Assembly (NCBI RefSeq): GCF_006345805.1
Contig: NC_043000.1
Span: forward strand, 21,762,001 to 21,826,000
Length of the DNA: 64,000 nucleotides
DNA from: Octopus sinensis
Taxonomy: Eukaryota
Direction: 5' to 3'
Part shown: positions 23,433 to 37,187 of the stretch, piece by piece
Position numbering within the stretch: position 1 is the first letter of the stretch
How the letters are laid out: each line of letters opens with the position of its first letter
Notes under the pieces: model-generated
What the model was told of the DNA's origin: nothing
Databases searched by the model: none
What the model saw: the letters and a program-made list of their open reading frames with translations, nothing else
Position numbers and translations under genes: made by a program

Positions 23433-25233
23433 CCACCACCTTGTCACTGACTACTACCATTGTTTTTACCACCATCGCCATCAATGTTGGCAATCATCTT
23501 CTCCACTGCCAACTTACAGCCAGCCTTCCACCACCATCCCCCACTGTGACCTCTCTATGGCCACCAACAACACCATCTTTTGGAGAACTGCTGCTGCTAT
23601 CACTGTCAGTAGCAGGATACCTACATTTTACCATCTAGTTTTGATGCATAAACAGAGACCTAATCTCCACTTCAGTTCCTTGTCCCCAGCATTTTACAAA
23701 ATCTCATAGCTCCTCCTCAGAATCCTGAGGCCCCTACTATCATCATGCCCAGATAAGGTCATTTAATGGTTACACTAACTCAAGACTGACACCCTTAGAT
23801 GCAACAGATACATTTTCAGCCTGAACATGGTCTCACTATGCTCCTCAGTACCTACCCTTCTCACAGTTGACCTGTTGATAAAATGCATCACCTCTTTGGA
23901 TTTACACTGTTTTGGCCTTACTACTTCCAATAGCCTTCAGCTATTGTCAGTCATAGTTGCTAAAACACACTTTTATTTCCTCAGCCCAATATACAAACAG
24001 TGTATCAGCCTGTCTATTTGCTATTACTTAGACTGGTTTAGAATGCAGAGCACTCAGTACTTGTCACTCATTCTCCTTCTTCATCATGATGACATCCTCA
24101 TGTCCACTCTCTCTCAAGAGGATGTCTCGCCAATACTGGAGACCTTTAATAGCTTAGACCAACACAACAAATTCACCATTGAACACCCCTACAATGAGGG
24201 ATCCCTAACCTTATTTGACTTTTCAATTGAGCATTATAGATGGGTAAAAATTGACACAGTGATCTACCATGAATCAGCCTGACCTAACCTCTTCATTCAC
24301 TACAAGTTGACTCTCTCTCCCTCTCTCTCACTCGCTCATGCTCTCTCTCTCTCTCTCTCTCATTGCTAAGTTCAGTTACATACAAAATGAGATTGCTCAT
24401 ATTCATAACAGATGCAGTGATGGTGCTAGCCAGGACAATGAGGATCACACAGTTCAAGATTCTTGGAATCAACAAGTACCCAGCATTCATTAAAAACACC
24501 CTGCATGGATACAAGCCAAATAAACATGGCAAGAGGAATCTCTCTAGCACCTGCTTCCTGAAATTTCTCCACTTTAACGAGAAGACCATCATTGCCATCT
24601 TTAAGGTCATTTGCAGGAAAGATCTGACAGTTTGCTAGCCCACTTGGGACCATCCCTGCATTGACACCAGTCAATGAAGAGATCTCATGTGGAACGACAA
24701 CCAAGCATGCTTAATAAACTGTCATATCAGCAACACAAGCAAGCGTCTGCAAGCATGTGTAGTTTACCAGATACGGTGTCCCAAATGCAGCATCTATTGC
24801 ATCAGCAGTACGGTTCAACCCTACACATCCAACTGAAGGAAAACCTGGCAATAAATGTATCTCATTTCTGCAAGCACATACTTAAATGTGGCAACAGTAT
24901 CAACTGGTCACAGAGAGGAATATAGGAATTCTCCATATCAAAGAATCCTTGTTGGGCCAGTGGCACCTTCCACTACAATGATGATTGATACTGTTGCCTA
25001 CAGTTATCCTGTGTGCCACCATGACAACCCACCACCATTGCCTGTCATGACAAGGATTATTGCGGCTACCTACCACCACCTTGTCACCAACTACTACAAG
25101 GACATGTACCACCACTGCCAACAACATCACCGTTGACAATTACCTTCCCCTCTACAGCCATCCATCCACTACCACCCTTACTGTGGCCACCAGCAACACC
25201 ATATTTTGGGAAACTGTTGCTGCTATCACAGTC
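23433..25233 (+). mobile_element. Decayed Penelope-like element with flanking direct repeats
   Basis: RT-like HHDDILM...FNSLDQHNKFTIEH..NEGSLTLFD; GIY-YIG-like VVYQIRCPKC near 24770; related repeats at 23433-23607 and 25073-25233. Confidence 0.75.
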
Positions 25234-25824
25234 ACAAGACTCAACAGGGCTACTGCCCATTTGGCTATCCATATGACGGAATTTTTACGTTCTGAGTTCA
25301 AATTCTGCCGAGGTCAACTTAGCCTTTCATCTTTTTGCAGTCGATAAATTAAGTACCAGTTGCATACTGGAGTCGATCTAATTGACTGGAACCCTCCCCA
25401 AAAATTTTGGGCCTTGTGCTTAAAGTAGAAAAGAATATTCTTCTATTAATGGACCTTTGTGCTTGAAATATATAAAGATTTTCCAACTTCTTTCTTTGCA
25501 TTGTAAAAAGCTCTCTGCTTTTTTATCTTTTATTACACTATTACTAATTATTATTACCATCATCTTTCAGGGTCGATAAGTTAAGTACCAGTGAAACACT
25601 GGGTCGATGTAATTGACTAGTCCCCTCCCATCAAATTTCAGGCCTTGCACCCTTAGTAGAAAGGATTATTTTCATCATCTTCATCATGAAAAACCTCATC
25701 TCTATTTTGCTGGGTATGATGGAAACTGTCAGCTGTCCACAACCAGCAGACTAACGTAAAGACAGACAAAATATTGCTAAGCATATCACCCAGCGTGTTA
25801 ACATTTCTGACAGCTCATCGCCTC

Positions 25825-26250
25825 TTTCCACATTAAGTACTGAGCATTTTGTAGTCCCAAATTCCATACCGATGTCCCTACCACACTTCTGGACTGTTTT
25901 TGGTTAAGGAATCTATCTGTTTTTCAGATTTCCCAAACAATTTCAGGTCATCCATAAACCGAAGATGGTTCAATGATGGGCCTTTCTTCCCACATCAGTA
26001 ACCCATCTTAACTTTCCTAAGTGTCATTGTTATGAGTATTAGCACTAATACAAAAAGTAGTGGAGAAAACGAGTGTACTTTTGGAAGATTCCTCTTTTAA
26101 TATTATCTTCGCCAAGGAATACACTACTTGAGTACAATTTGGTTTTCTACTCTTTCATGTTATGCATCAGAAAATTTGTGATGTCAGTAACACCAAACAT
26201 CTGCAGGCATTCAACGATCCAAGAAAGAGACATCATATCATATGCCTTAT
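25825..26250 (-). pseudogene. R4/Dong-like RT fragment
   Basis: My translation: SWIVECLQMFGV...IKRGIFQ...LNHLRFMDDLKLFGKSE...DIGMEFGTTKC; the 5' side abuts (ATT)n. Confidence 0.75.
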
Positions 26251-27157
26251 TATTATTATTATTATTACTATTATTATCATCATCATCATCATCATCCTTC
26301 TTTATTGTTGTTCTGGCAATATTTAGATTATTTTATTACAAGCTGCATCCAGCAGTTATTTAGTACAGTTTCTTATGTTCTCGCTATGCAAAGCAAACAA
26401 TCTCTCTAGACGTGAGTACTTTACCTCAATATGCAGCACCTTCAGCCATCCATTTAAACTTCTTACCACAGTTCCTGAAGCTCCTATTACAACCAGGATG
26501 ACAACAACTTTACAGCAATTCTAAATTCTGTTATTTTAGTTCCCAGTGTCAAGTATTTGTAGAAATGGCAAAGTGCTAAACCAAATATTTTTGTGGGGTT
26601 TGGTTACATTTCTTTGAGTTCAGATGTCCCCATTTGTTGTTTTTCAACCCTATGAGCATGATAAAATGAGTAAATGAGTACCTGTGATATACTAGTACCA
26701 ATTCCTTTGATCTTTTTTTTTTTAATTGTTCTAACACTATTTTCCTTTCAAAATGTTTTTTCTCTTCTCACAGAAAATTCCCAAACTCCTTGTTGCTTGG
26801 ATTATTTGAGAAATAATAGATATATCAGAGAGATAAATTATAATAATAATAATCCTTTCTACTATAGACACAAGGCCTGAAATTTATGGGGAAAGGGATA
26901 GTTGATTACATAGACCCCAGTGTGCAACTGGTACTTATTTTATCAACCTCGGCAGAGTTTGAACTCAGAATGTAAAGTTAGACAAAATTGTTAGCAGCAT
27001 TTTGTCTGGTGTGCTAACAATTCTATCAGCAATAATAGTAATAAACATAACACATGTAGGGTACTTTTAACATTGTAAAAAATACCAAACCAAACATGCT
27101 CAAAGCACACAGAACTTTGTTCAGTAATGCAGTGAAAGCAGCCAATAAAAGTCACGG

Positions 27158-27534
27158 TACTCCGTCAGTTACGACAACGAGGGTTCCAGTTGATCTGATC
27201 AATGGAACAGCCTGCTTATGAAATTAACATTCAAGTGGCTGAGCACTCCACCGACACGTGTACCCTTGATGTAGTTCTTGAGGAGATCCAGCATGACACA
27301 GAGTGTGACAAGGCTGGCCCCAGAAATACAAGTACAACAGAAACAGAAAGAAAGAGTCAGAGAAAGTTGTGGTGAAAGAATGCAGCAGGGTTCGCCGCCA
27401 CTCCCTGCCAGAGCCTCATGGAACTTTAGGTGTTTTTCGCTCAATAAACACCCACAACACCTGGTCTGAGAATTGGAACCGCAATCCTACAACTGCAAGT
27501 CTGCTGCCCTAACCAATGGGCCATTGTGCCTCCA
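27158..27534 (-). mobile_element. tRNA-derived SINE family C
   Basis: Matches 52066-52453; head TGGAGGCACAATGGCCCATTGGTTAGG. Confidence 0.85.
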
Positions 27535-28079
27535 CATTCAATAAAAATAAGACAGCTAAATCGTAATAATAATAATCCTTTCTACTATAGGCACAAGGCC
27601 TGGATGTTGTGGGAGGGGGCCAGTCAATTGCATCGATCCCACTGTACAACTGGTACTTATTTCATCGACCCTGAAAGGATGAAAGACAAAGCCGACCTCA
27701 GTGGAATTTGAACTCAGAATGTAAGGACGGACAAAACGTTGCGAAGAATTTTGCCTGGTGTGCTAATGATTCTGCCAGCTCGATTTCAAATTTTGGCACC
27801 AGGTCAACAATTTTGAGGGAAGGGACAAGTCTATTACATCAGCCCCCAGTACTTAACTGGTACTTATTTTAGTACCAGTTGAGTACAGAGGCTGATGTAA
27901 TCTACCTACTCTTGCCCTTAAATTGTTGGCCTTGTGCCAAATAACACTAATAATAATAATTTCAATGTGTCTTTCTTCTATAGCTCAATAGCCTTGCACT
28001 AATGTAGAGAATCATCTTCATCGTCATTTCTCTCTGCTGTTGTTGTTGTTGTTATGACGATGATATTGTTGTTACATGG

Positions 28080-28390
28080 TATTGAAGTTATAACCATTTT
28101 GATTATGTTTCCTATCAGACCAAAATTCAAGGCCTAGGATGAAGAGCACTTGTTTATTCCATCTCCTATAGAAGTTCTTTTATGTTGTTCGTTCTGTTCT
28201 TACTTTGTATCCAGGACTCTCCACATAATTCTTGTTGAACCAAATAAATAGATATTCTACTTTTATATCTGTTCCCAGTTTAAGGTCCAGCTTTCCAAGA
28301 CTTGCTCTTAAATCTTTTGTCACAGTTCTCAAGGCCCCGGTGATAACTGGCAGGATCAAGACTTTTAACTTCTCTATTCTCACAATCAAG
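28080..28390 (-). pseudogene. R4/Dong-like C-terminal remnant
   Basis: KVLILPVITGALRTVTKDL resembles the PV.IGALG motif. Confidence 0.6.
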
Positions 28391-30361
28391 TACAGTGGTT
28401 GATTTAAATCACTTACCTTGAAATATCAGGCCTTTTGTGCCTATGTTAGAAATTATTAAGTTGGAGAGGGCACTTGCCCTTGGTGTTCAGAGAAATCTTG
28501 GACAGTTGGGTTTCTCGATTATCCCTAGAGGTCTTCCTGTATCAGGAGGGCTACATCTCTATTATCCTTCCCTCCACCTTCTGTTTGCTAACCTTTGTAT
28601 GCTATGTATATATATATCCCTTCTTTTTCAGTGTATACCATGTATACTTACTTTCTCCTTTTTTTTTATTATTTCATTATATGTAAACCCCACATTTTAT
28701 GTCTTTGTATCATCACCCTCATCCTTCACCCTTGCTCTCTATCACAATCTCATACCACTTTCCTGTTATTTCAAGCCACACACTCAGTTAACATCCCAAT
28801 ACACATATCATCATCATCATCATAATCGTTCATCATCATCAACATCATAACATGCTTTATTAGTTAACAGGTGTGTTGCCCTGAAGTTTGTTGACAACAA
28901 GTCTCCTCAAATCTTACTTAGGATTCTTACTAAATACAAGGTTGCACCTTTCTGCAGGCCAACAATGTCTCAGTATTAATACCTTTCTGTTAGGTAGTAG
29001 TTTGGATGTTGCAACTGATGCACTAATTATTATTATTGCAAAATATCAAATATCCAGATTTTAGTAAAATGTGATATTTCCAGTATTAAAAGCATCCTGT
29101 TGAGAATTCAGTGCAAATCCACTGGACATGTTGTTTGAATGCAAGATGATAGCATTCTGAAAATTCTTTGTATGGCCAACAAGTAAAGAGATTCCATATT
29201 AAAGAAAGACCCAACTTTAGGTATAAGGGTAAGTTGAAACGATCAATAAAATCCCTACAGCTTTATTTAACATCTTGGGAAAGTTAGTCACCAATCTGAG
29301 TGACATAAAATGTGTCATGGTGACTCGCTCTGCAGGGTGTTTGTTGCTAGGAAACCATGCCAAAGCACACACAGAAGTCTGGTGCAGTCTTATGCTTGGC
29401 TAGCTCCTGTCAAACTGTCCAACCCATACCAGCATGGAAGGCCGGTGTTAAATGATGATGATGCATCTAAGAACACCAGAAAGAAAGTTTTTGTGATAAT
29501 TGTCCTAGTTCTATGTTCTGAATTTAAATCCTGCCATGATTAACTTTGCCTTTCATCCTTCCAGAATTAGTAAAATAAAATACTCGTCAAGTACTTGCAA
29601 TCCATTTCATCTGACTGGTCCTCTTTCCCTAAATTTGAAGCTTAGAAATTTTGACCATTGTGGCAAATGTATGACTCTAAGACCAGATACCTTGAGTATT
29701 TAGTTTTCACCCTATCTGATAAGTTCTCAGATAAGTTCTGAGTTGCCACCAGAGTTGACTTTGCTTTGAGGTCAATAATGCAAGTACCAAACATGTTCTG
29801 GGGTTGATTCTATGAAGTTTATCTCTCCCCTAAAATGTGTGGTTATGTACAAACATCAGAACTTGTTATTAATCATCATTATCATTTTAACCTCCACTTC
29901 TCCATGCTTGCATGAGTCAGATGAAATTTGTTGAGGCAGATTTTCTACAGCTGGATATACTTCCTGTCACTAACCTTCACCTGTTTCCAAGCAAAATGGT
30001 ATTGCCCCCATGGCCCATATTATGTTTTACATAGAGAATTGGTAATGAGCAACATTGCTTGTATGATTGTGATGCTCGTTTGCATACTCTTGTATAGATA
30101 CCACATGATGGATAGTGGTAAGAAGCCTTTTCTTCTCTGAAGACCCGCTGTTCAGCTCTCATCCATCACATGATGCTGAGGCAAAGGTACACACACATAC
30201 ACATTATTCTGTTCAAGTCAGTCTGTTGCTACTCTGAGTTTCACCTAGACAAGTTCAAGAGAATGACTTCACGGGAATATAATATCATTAATCTTTGCTA
30301 TGGTTTTGTGTACTCTTTTTTCTGACAGCCAACAGTAATTGGATATGTGTGTGTGTGTGTA

Positions 30362-30630
30362 TGAAGGTGTGTGGCCTAGTGGTTAAGGTTCTGCCCTCAT
30401 GATCATTACATTGTGAGTTCAATTCCCAAACGGAGCAAAACACTTCATTTCACGTTACTCCAGTTCACTAACCTGTAAATCCGTAACCCTGTGACAGACT
30501 AGTCTTCTGATCAGGGTTAATGTTAGCCTACTCATCTAGCCAGTGGGGTGGCATCATTCGAAAGCTAAAACGATGCAAAGTGCATTGTAACCAGCGATGT
30601 ATAACAACATCTGATAGTCTGGTCGATCAT

Positions 30631-30635
<5 letters not shown>
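30362..30635 (+). mobile_element. tRNA-headed SINE with an RTE-derived 3' tail
   Basis: TGGCCTAGTGG A box and GAGTTCAATTCCC B box; the last 58 nt are 52/58 identical to the LINE end at 20746-20803. Confidence 0.75.
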
Positions 30636-30676
<41 letters not shown>

Positions 30677-31347
30677 TGTGTGTGTGAGTGTGCAATAAGC
30701 ATCTTTCAGTTTTAGTTTATTAAATCTACTAAAAAGGCTTTTGTTGGCCCAAGGTACCACACACTGAAATTGATCTCAAGAACCCAAGACTACATGGTTG
30801 GCAAGCAAACTTCTCGGCTACAACTGTTTGATTATATATACCAATCTCATAACTTGTTGTTTATCATTGCTGAATTTTTTTTTTGACCAAAACTATTTAC
30901 ACTGCCTCTCTTAGAATATAAGCAAGAATATTGAAATTCTTTAAAAAGATATACTAAATCCTATTAATATTCTCTATTGTTTTTATTTTTTATATTTTTA
31001 CCCACTTGTTAAACTGAATCCCCACCCTGAAGAAAAAATCACCCTAACAAATAGTCTATACTCAAAATATCAATGACTATTTAAATAACTAAATTAAAAT
31101 AAAATAAAAGCAAATTTATTTTGAACAAACAACTTATATTTGATATATAAAGTATATAAGTGGTTATTATTATTGCTGCGTCATTTTACTATTCTTCATT
31201 GTCTTCAGTATTAACATGTACGCTGTATGCTGATGTCATCCCCCACACTCTTCAAAATTGTGTTTCTTCAACTATTTTAGCTCAATAACAACTACATCAG
31301 ATGTTTATCATTCTTCTATATTAATTTTTTTTTTCACTTCTTAACAA

Positions 31348-31715
31348 TCATCATCATCGTTTAACGTCCGTTTTCCGCGCTAGCACGGGTTGAACGGTCC
31401 GACCGGGGGTCTGGGAAGCCAGGGGCTGCTCCAGGCTCCAGTCTAATCTGGCAGAGTTTCTACGGCTGGATGCCCTTCCTAACGCCAACCACTCCGCGAG
31501 TGTAGTGGGTGCTTTTTACGTGCCACCTGCACAGGTGCAGGAGGGATTCTGGCATCGGTCACGATCGGTTGGAGCTTTTAACGTGCCAGCGGCACGGAAG
31601 CCAGCCAAGGCGGCGCTGGCAACGTTCAGATGATCTTTTTATGTGCCACCGACACAGGAACCAGTCGGGGCGGCGCTGGCATCGGCCACGTTCGTCTGGT
31701 GCTTTTTATGTGATC
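31348..31715 (-). mobile_element. RTE 3' UTR fragment (family E) with tandem units
   Basis: CATCATCGTTTAACGTCC tail and about four GTGCTTTTTACGTGCCACC units. Confidence 0.75.
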
Positions 31716-33499
31716 TACCATATAATTTTTATTTCATGAAATATATCTTCCAAAAGACTTGGATTTATATGTTTTTGTAAGTTTGACTACTTGTCATGTT
31801 AACAGTATTTTAATTTCCCTAAATTACCAGTAAATTCCCTTTTTTTTTTGTTTTTAATCTAAAAGTACAAAAGAATTATTCCTTGGCCTATTAAATCAAT
31901 TACTCTGGTTTTATTTTATATTATCCCAGTTAAAATTAAATATTATCAGTACCAGAAGATTTAAAACTCAGATCCTTAAAATAATTTACTAATATAACTC
32001 ATGTTGATGACAGACCACTGAGCTACTATCTTCTCTAATAAGCTAATCATTATTTCAAGTGAACGATGCCGGATCATTGGTGAAACTATACACCATAAAT
32101 TGCTTATTGTGGGAACAATATACTCAGTGGTCAAGATGAGATGAGTCACTTTCGTTTAGTTTTTAAAATTTAAAATATTTTGTTCATGCCATATCCCTTA
32201 TCACCTTTAATTCAAAACTTTTATTCCAATACTCTTTAAGCATTGAAACCAACCATACCTGACTCAAATATTCTACCTGCTCTATGTTCAAACTAACAAG
32301 ATCCAGCCTCTTATACTTACCCAGCAATGACATTCTAAAAATAAGTGATCATTTCATCAAAATTTCAAGAGTTAGGAGATAATGCATGATTAATTCAAAC
32401 TTGACAGAGTAATCTGAATGCTCTGAACAGTTGTTTATCATATTCTAAAACAAGAACAAAATAAGATGTTCCTGAGCTTGGGTTTTGGGGAGATAAAATC
32501 TTGACTAAAACAAATTCTTCTGTATTAGAAAACATCCTTAGTGAGATTTATTCCAAATTTAAAATTCTAATTATAAGCACCTTTATATGTCATATTCCAG
32601 CCTTAATTATGAGTCACTAATCTATACATAACTTTATTGCTAACACCTAACAGCATGTAAATATAAATTTTTTTTGCCTTTTACTAAGCACCAGACATAT
32701 GGCGCTAGAAACATTATTATATCTGTAGAAACCCACACTTCCTTTATTTCTGCTGAGATTTTTACTTGTTATTTTCACTATTTGGTTTATTCATTTCCTA
32801 GTATTTTTTTTTAATCTGTGTGAATTTACACAGTACAACGAACTGTTAAAGACATTTTCACATTATCATGTGTTACTGAACATATGTCTATTTTATTGTT
32901 GTTATTTCCAATACGAATGACATTTTGAATGTTACTGATGTATTTTGTTTACTCTATTTTTCTTTTTTGCAAATGATTTATTTGTTACATTTTTTTAAAA
33001 ATAGCAATATATTTTTTTAAATATAACATTGAGTTATCGTAAGTACCATCCAAATCGGTTCCCAAAAAATTATTAATTTTAAATTTTAATATGTTCAATT
33101 TGTTTATGCTATGTGACAGGAAAATATGCTTTTGCTAAAATTTTATACTGTTCCTAACCTAATCTTCATAAAACTTTTTAATCTAATGTCTTTCTTTATG
33201 TATATCTGTGTATGTGTGCATATATATACATATATATATATATCATCATCATCATCATCGTTTAATGTCCGCTTTCCATGCTAGCATGGGTTATGATGAT
33301 GATGATATATATATATATAGTAAATCAAATATGTCCTTTGAAAACAGGTTGTACAGGATTTCAAATAAGTGCTCTTGGTATGAGAAATGTCAAAAACCTT
33401 AAAAAGATATTTAGAAATTCAATGAGAGCAATTACATACTAATAAAAGTAAGAAAAGTTATATCTTAAAATCACAAAATAGAGATAAGTACATAATATA

Positions 33500-33950
33500 A
33501 GCAATCATCATCATCATCATTGTCGTTTAACGTCAGCTTTCCATGCTGGCATGGGTTGGACTGTTTGACTGTGGACTGGCATAGTTTCTACAGCTGGATG
33601 TCCTTCCTAATGCCAACCACTCTGAGAGTGTAGTGGGTGCTTTTTTACATGCCACCGGCACAAGGGCCAGTCAGGCAGTACTGGCATTGACCACCCTTGA
33701 ATGGTGCCACCAGCACGGGAGCCAGTCAGGTGCCACTGGCAATGACCACACTCAAATGGTGTTTTTTATGTGCCACTGGCACGGGAGCCAGTCAAGCGGC
33801 ACTGGCTCAAATGGTACATTTTACGTGTCACTCATACAGGACCAGTCAGGTGGCATTGGCATCGACCACATTCGAATGGTGCTTTTTACGTGCCACCAGC
33901 ACAGGTGTCAATCAGGTGGTACTGTCATTGGCCACGCCAATAACTTCACC
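33500..33950 (-). mobile_element. RTE 3' UTR fragment (family E) with about six units
   Basis: Same tail and unit motif. Confidence 0.7.
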
Positions 33951-34643
33951 TGACTTAACAGGTTTCCGCAAGTGCAGTTTATTGCCCAATATAAGCAATT
34001 TATTTATTAATGCAATATAAGCATTATTGTATTTAGAAATAAATAGATAAAGTAGAGCTATGTTCATTAAAAAATTTCTCTTACATTTATGGATTATACA
34101 CAGAAGAAGAAATGGATTATGGGAATTCTGTCTCTTCACAGCCATTACAGATTCTTAACACAGATTTTTTTTTACCATGGATTTATTTTACTTTTCAAAA
34201 TTTTTAGCTCAAATGAAATTTTTGTATACAGTGCTCAGGTGCACCACAACTTGTCAGAGTATATGCAGTAATGTACAAATGTCTGGAAAGCGAACAATGT
34301 ATGAGTCAGATGCATGCTTGTGTGTGTATGGAGGGGAGAAAATCAGGTGTAGTGTTCATGTAACAATCATAAGAACTTTCAAAACTTAAAAAAATTTTTT
34401 ACTGATCATAGCTGTACTTTATACAATATTGTACTTTATCTGTACAATATTGCTTATATTATGAATTTACCTCTACTGTGATTTTTAAGATATAACTTTT
34501 CTTACTTATATTCTCTAATATGTATATATATATATATATACACATACATACACACACACATATATAGATACACATGCATATATATATATATATATATATA
34601 TACATACATATACATACATACATGTATATATACATATATATAT

Positions 34644-34917
34644 ATACTACAAAATTAGAAAATGGAGAAACATACTTAAATCAATAAAACATCAACCATC
34701 AGATGATACCCAATCAATACTTTATTACACCATTACATAACAGTAAAGGCATTATACAAAATATATTGTAATAATTTGTCTATTTATATTTACAATATAT
34801 TTTGTATAATGCCTTTACTGTTATGTAATGGTGTAATAAAGTATTGATTGGGTATCATCTGATGGTTGATGTTTTATTGATTTAAGTATGTTTCTCCATT
34901 TTCTAATTTTGTAGTAT
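34644..34917. repeat. Perfect inverted repeat: 128-bp arms, 18-bp spacer
   Basis: 34644-34771 is the exact reverse complement of 34790-34917 (checked by eye). Confidence 0.95.
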
Positions 34918-35088
34918 TAATTTACGGTAATATTTTTACCTTTGCCCATATAATACAGTAGATGAACTAATTGCTTGGCAATTTTTAACATCTATGTATT
35001 AGTCTTGTTGGGTACCTCTCTAGCAGTATATTGGATATATGTTATCCCATGGTGGGTTGAATTTTCAACCCCTATCTCATTTTATAAC

Positions 35089-35089
<1 letters not shown>

Positions 35090-35119
<30 letters not shown>

Positions 35120-35126
35120 CACACAC

Positions 35127-35157
<31 letters not shown>

Positions 35158-35249
35158 CATATACATACATGTGTATATATATATACACACACATATATAT
35201 ACATACATATATACGTACATACATATATATATATATTTATATGCATATA

Positions 35250-35286
<37 letters not shown>

Positions 35287-35400
35287 GCATATATATTTAT
35301 ATGCATATATATATATTTATATGCATATATATTTATATGCATATATATTTATATATATATATATATATTTATATGCATATATATACATATTATGCATACA
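35090..35400. repeat. Compound (TA)n / (TATATTTATATGCA)n satellite
   Basis: Direct reading; source of the YI/IH-rich ORFs. Confidence 0.95.
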
Positions 35401-35402
35401 TA

Positions 35403-36202
35403 TGAAGTGGTATCAAAAGGTTCCCAGACTAGTAGTGTTTAATAAAAAATAACTTATTTACCTAAATTTTAACATCTCCTTCAAAGTAGTCATCTGTTCA
35501 GGCATTCCTGCCACTTTTGGAATCAGGCCTGGAAGTCATTTTCTGTAAGCAAGACAAGGAATTTCTATAACAACTGTATTAAAACGGCAACCTTTGAGCT
35601 TCATTTTCATCTTGGGGAAGAGATGGAAGTCTGCAGGAGAAAAATCTGGTAAATAAGGTAGGTGCAGAAGCGATGCCATGTTGTTTTTGGCGAGAAACTC
35701 ACGAGTGAGGAGAGCTTAGTGATAGGATGCATTGTCATCATGAAGAATTCAATTCTTCGCACTCTACAGATCCGGTCACTTTCTTCAAATGTCCACCTCA
35801 TAGTGGACAAATTCTTGATGCACAATACCACATTTCCAGGGGTGACACTTCTGGCAGGTCTTCCAGACTGCTCATTATTTTCCAAGGATATTCTTCCACT
35901 TTTGAAGCACCCGTGCCACTCAAGACATTGCCATTGATCCATTACCTCGTCACTGTAAGCTTGTTGAAGCATACTGAATGTCTTTGCAGCAGACTTCACA
36001 TTGGTTCTTTGTTCCCGTCCATGACAAAATTACTGACTACAGCGTACACATGATCACAAATTTCACAACTTGCAAAGTCAACGCAGCGATGTCACTCAGC
36101 ACACATGAAGGCCCCTGCTAGTTCTCATTGTACACACAAACATGTGCTGCTATCTGTTGGCATGCTACAGAACTAGTCCAGGAACTTTTTGATACCACCT
36201 CG
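35403..36202 (-). mobile_element. Internally deleted mariner element (800 bp)
   Basis: 30-bp TIRs (25/30), TA TSD. HTH-like KSAAKTFSMLQQAY...FKSGRISLE..EQSGRP; C-terminal HDDNA...PY.PD..PADFHLFPKMK remnants in shifted frames. Confidence 0.9.
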
Positions 36203-36418
36203 TATCTTTCAAATGTGATGTAATTATTTTGATAACAAAGGAGATTGAGCTTCCTGTTTTGTTTTGTTTTTTTTTTCAACACCAAAAAAACCTTCATATT
36301 TGTATTTAATTTTTCTTGCACACATATATAACTGGTAATTATAATAGCATGCCATAATCCGTCCTTAAAAACGTCTTTGCACTGCATTTATGATATATAC
36401 TTCAACACTTAATTATAA

Positions 36419-36682
36419 TTACGGAGATGTACTTGCATAGCAAGTGACCTGATATGAGATCATGTGCTGGAACGAAAACAATTGCAGCATGGTAGGTGTT
36501 TATAAGCCATTTAAGAAACACACAAAAACTGTTAGATTCACTTCAACATTTAAATTTAATTTGTCAAAATATTTTTGTCGCTTTGAGACCACGACCTGTT
36601 CGCTGACAAAACTCCCTTAAATTTAAATGTTGAAGTGAATTTAACGGTTTTTGTGTTTCTTAAATGGCTTATAAACACCATC
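36419..36682. mobile_element. Insertion with a ~63-bp internal inverted repeat (possibly a Penelope-type terminus)
   Basis: Arms 36495-36559 and 36617-36679; flanked by the 13-bp direct repeat CACTTAATTATAA (36406-36418, 36683-36695). Confidence 0.65.
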
Positions 36683-36925
36683 CACTTAATTATAAGAATA
36701 ATAAAAAGAAAACAGGAAAATAATTGTCCTTATGATTGAAAGATTGACAGTGGATATAAAAGACACAATATAGATATTACCTCATCTTGGTCATATCAAC
36801 AAATAGATCTATAATAGATATTTAGGAAGGATATCTAAGTTCCAGAAAGCATTGGAATGACTGACAATACTACTTAACATCAGGAATTTGACAAATATAT
36901 TTGTAGACACTTCGTTAGCTTAGAT

Positions 36926-37187
36926 CAGTGATTCTCAAACTCTTTCAGGCTGCCACACTCTTGGCACCCGGGCCGCATTCCTAGCGCCTCCACCCCTACC
37001 CCTACCACAAGCATAGACCACTTTCTGTAGCAAATTCAAAACAGTTGTATTTCACAAATAAAACTTACCCTTATTAACCCATAATTTTAGGCTTTTTTTT
37101 ACATCCATCGCCCCACTTTCCTTCAATACCTCCCTAGATCTTTCCACCACCCCAAGGTGGAAGTACCGCCCACCTTGGGAACCACTG
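36926..37187. mobile_element. hAT (Buster/Charlie-type) MITE
   Basis: CAGTGATTCTCAAA / TTGGGAACCACTG TIR; perfect 8-bp TSD GCTTAGAT with central TA. Confidence 0.9.

Noticed and set aside
34975-35452. Long YI/IH-rich ORFs (also 48512-49806, 50430-50690, 56209-56601)
   Set aside because: Translations of TA/TG/TATG microsatellites.
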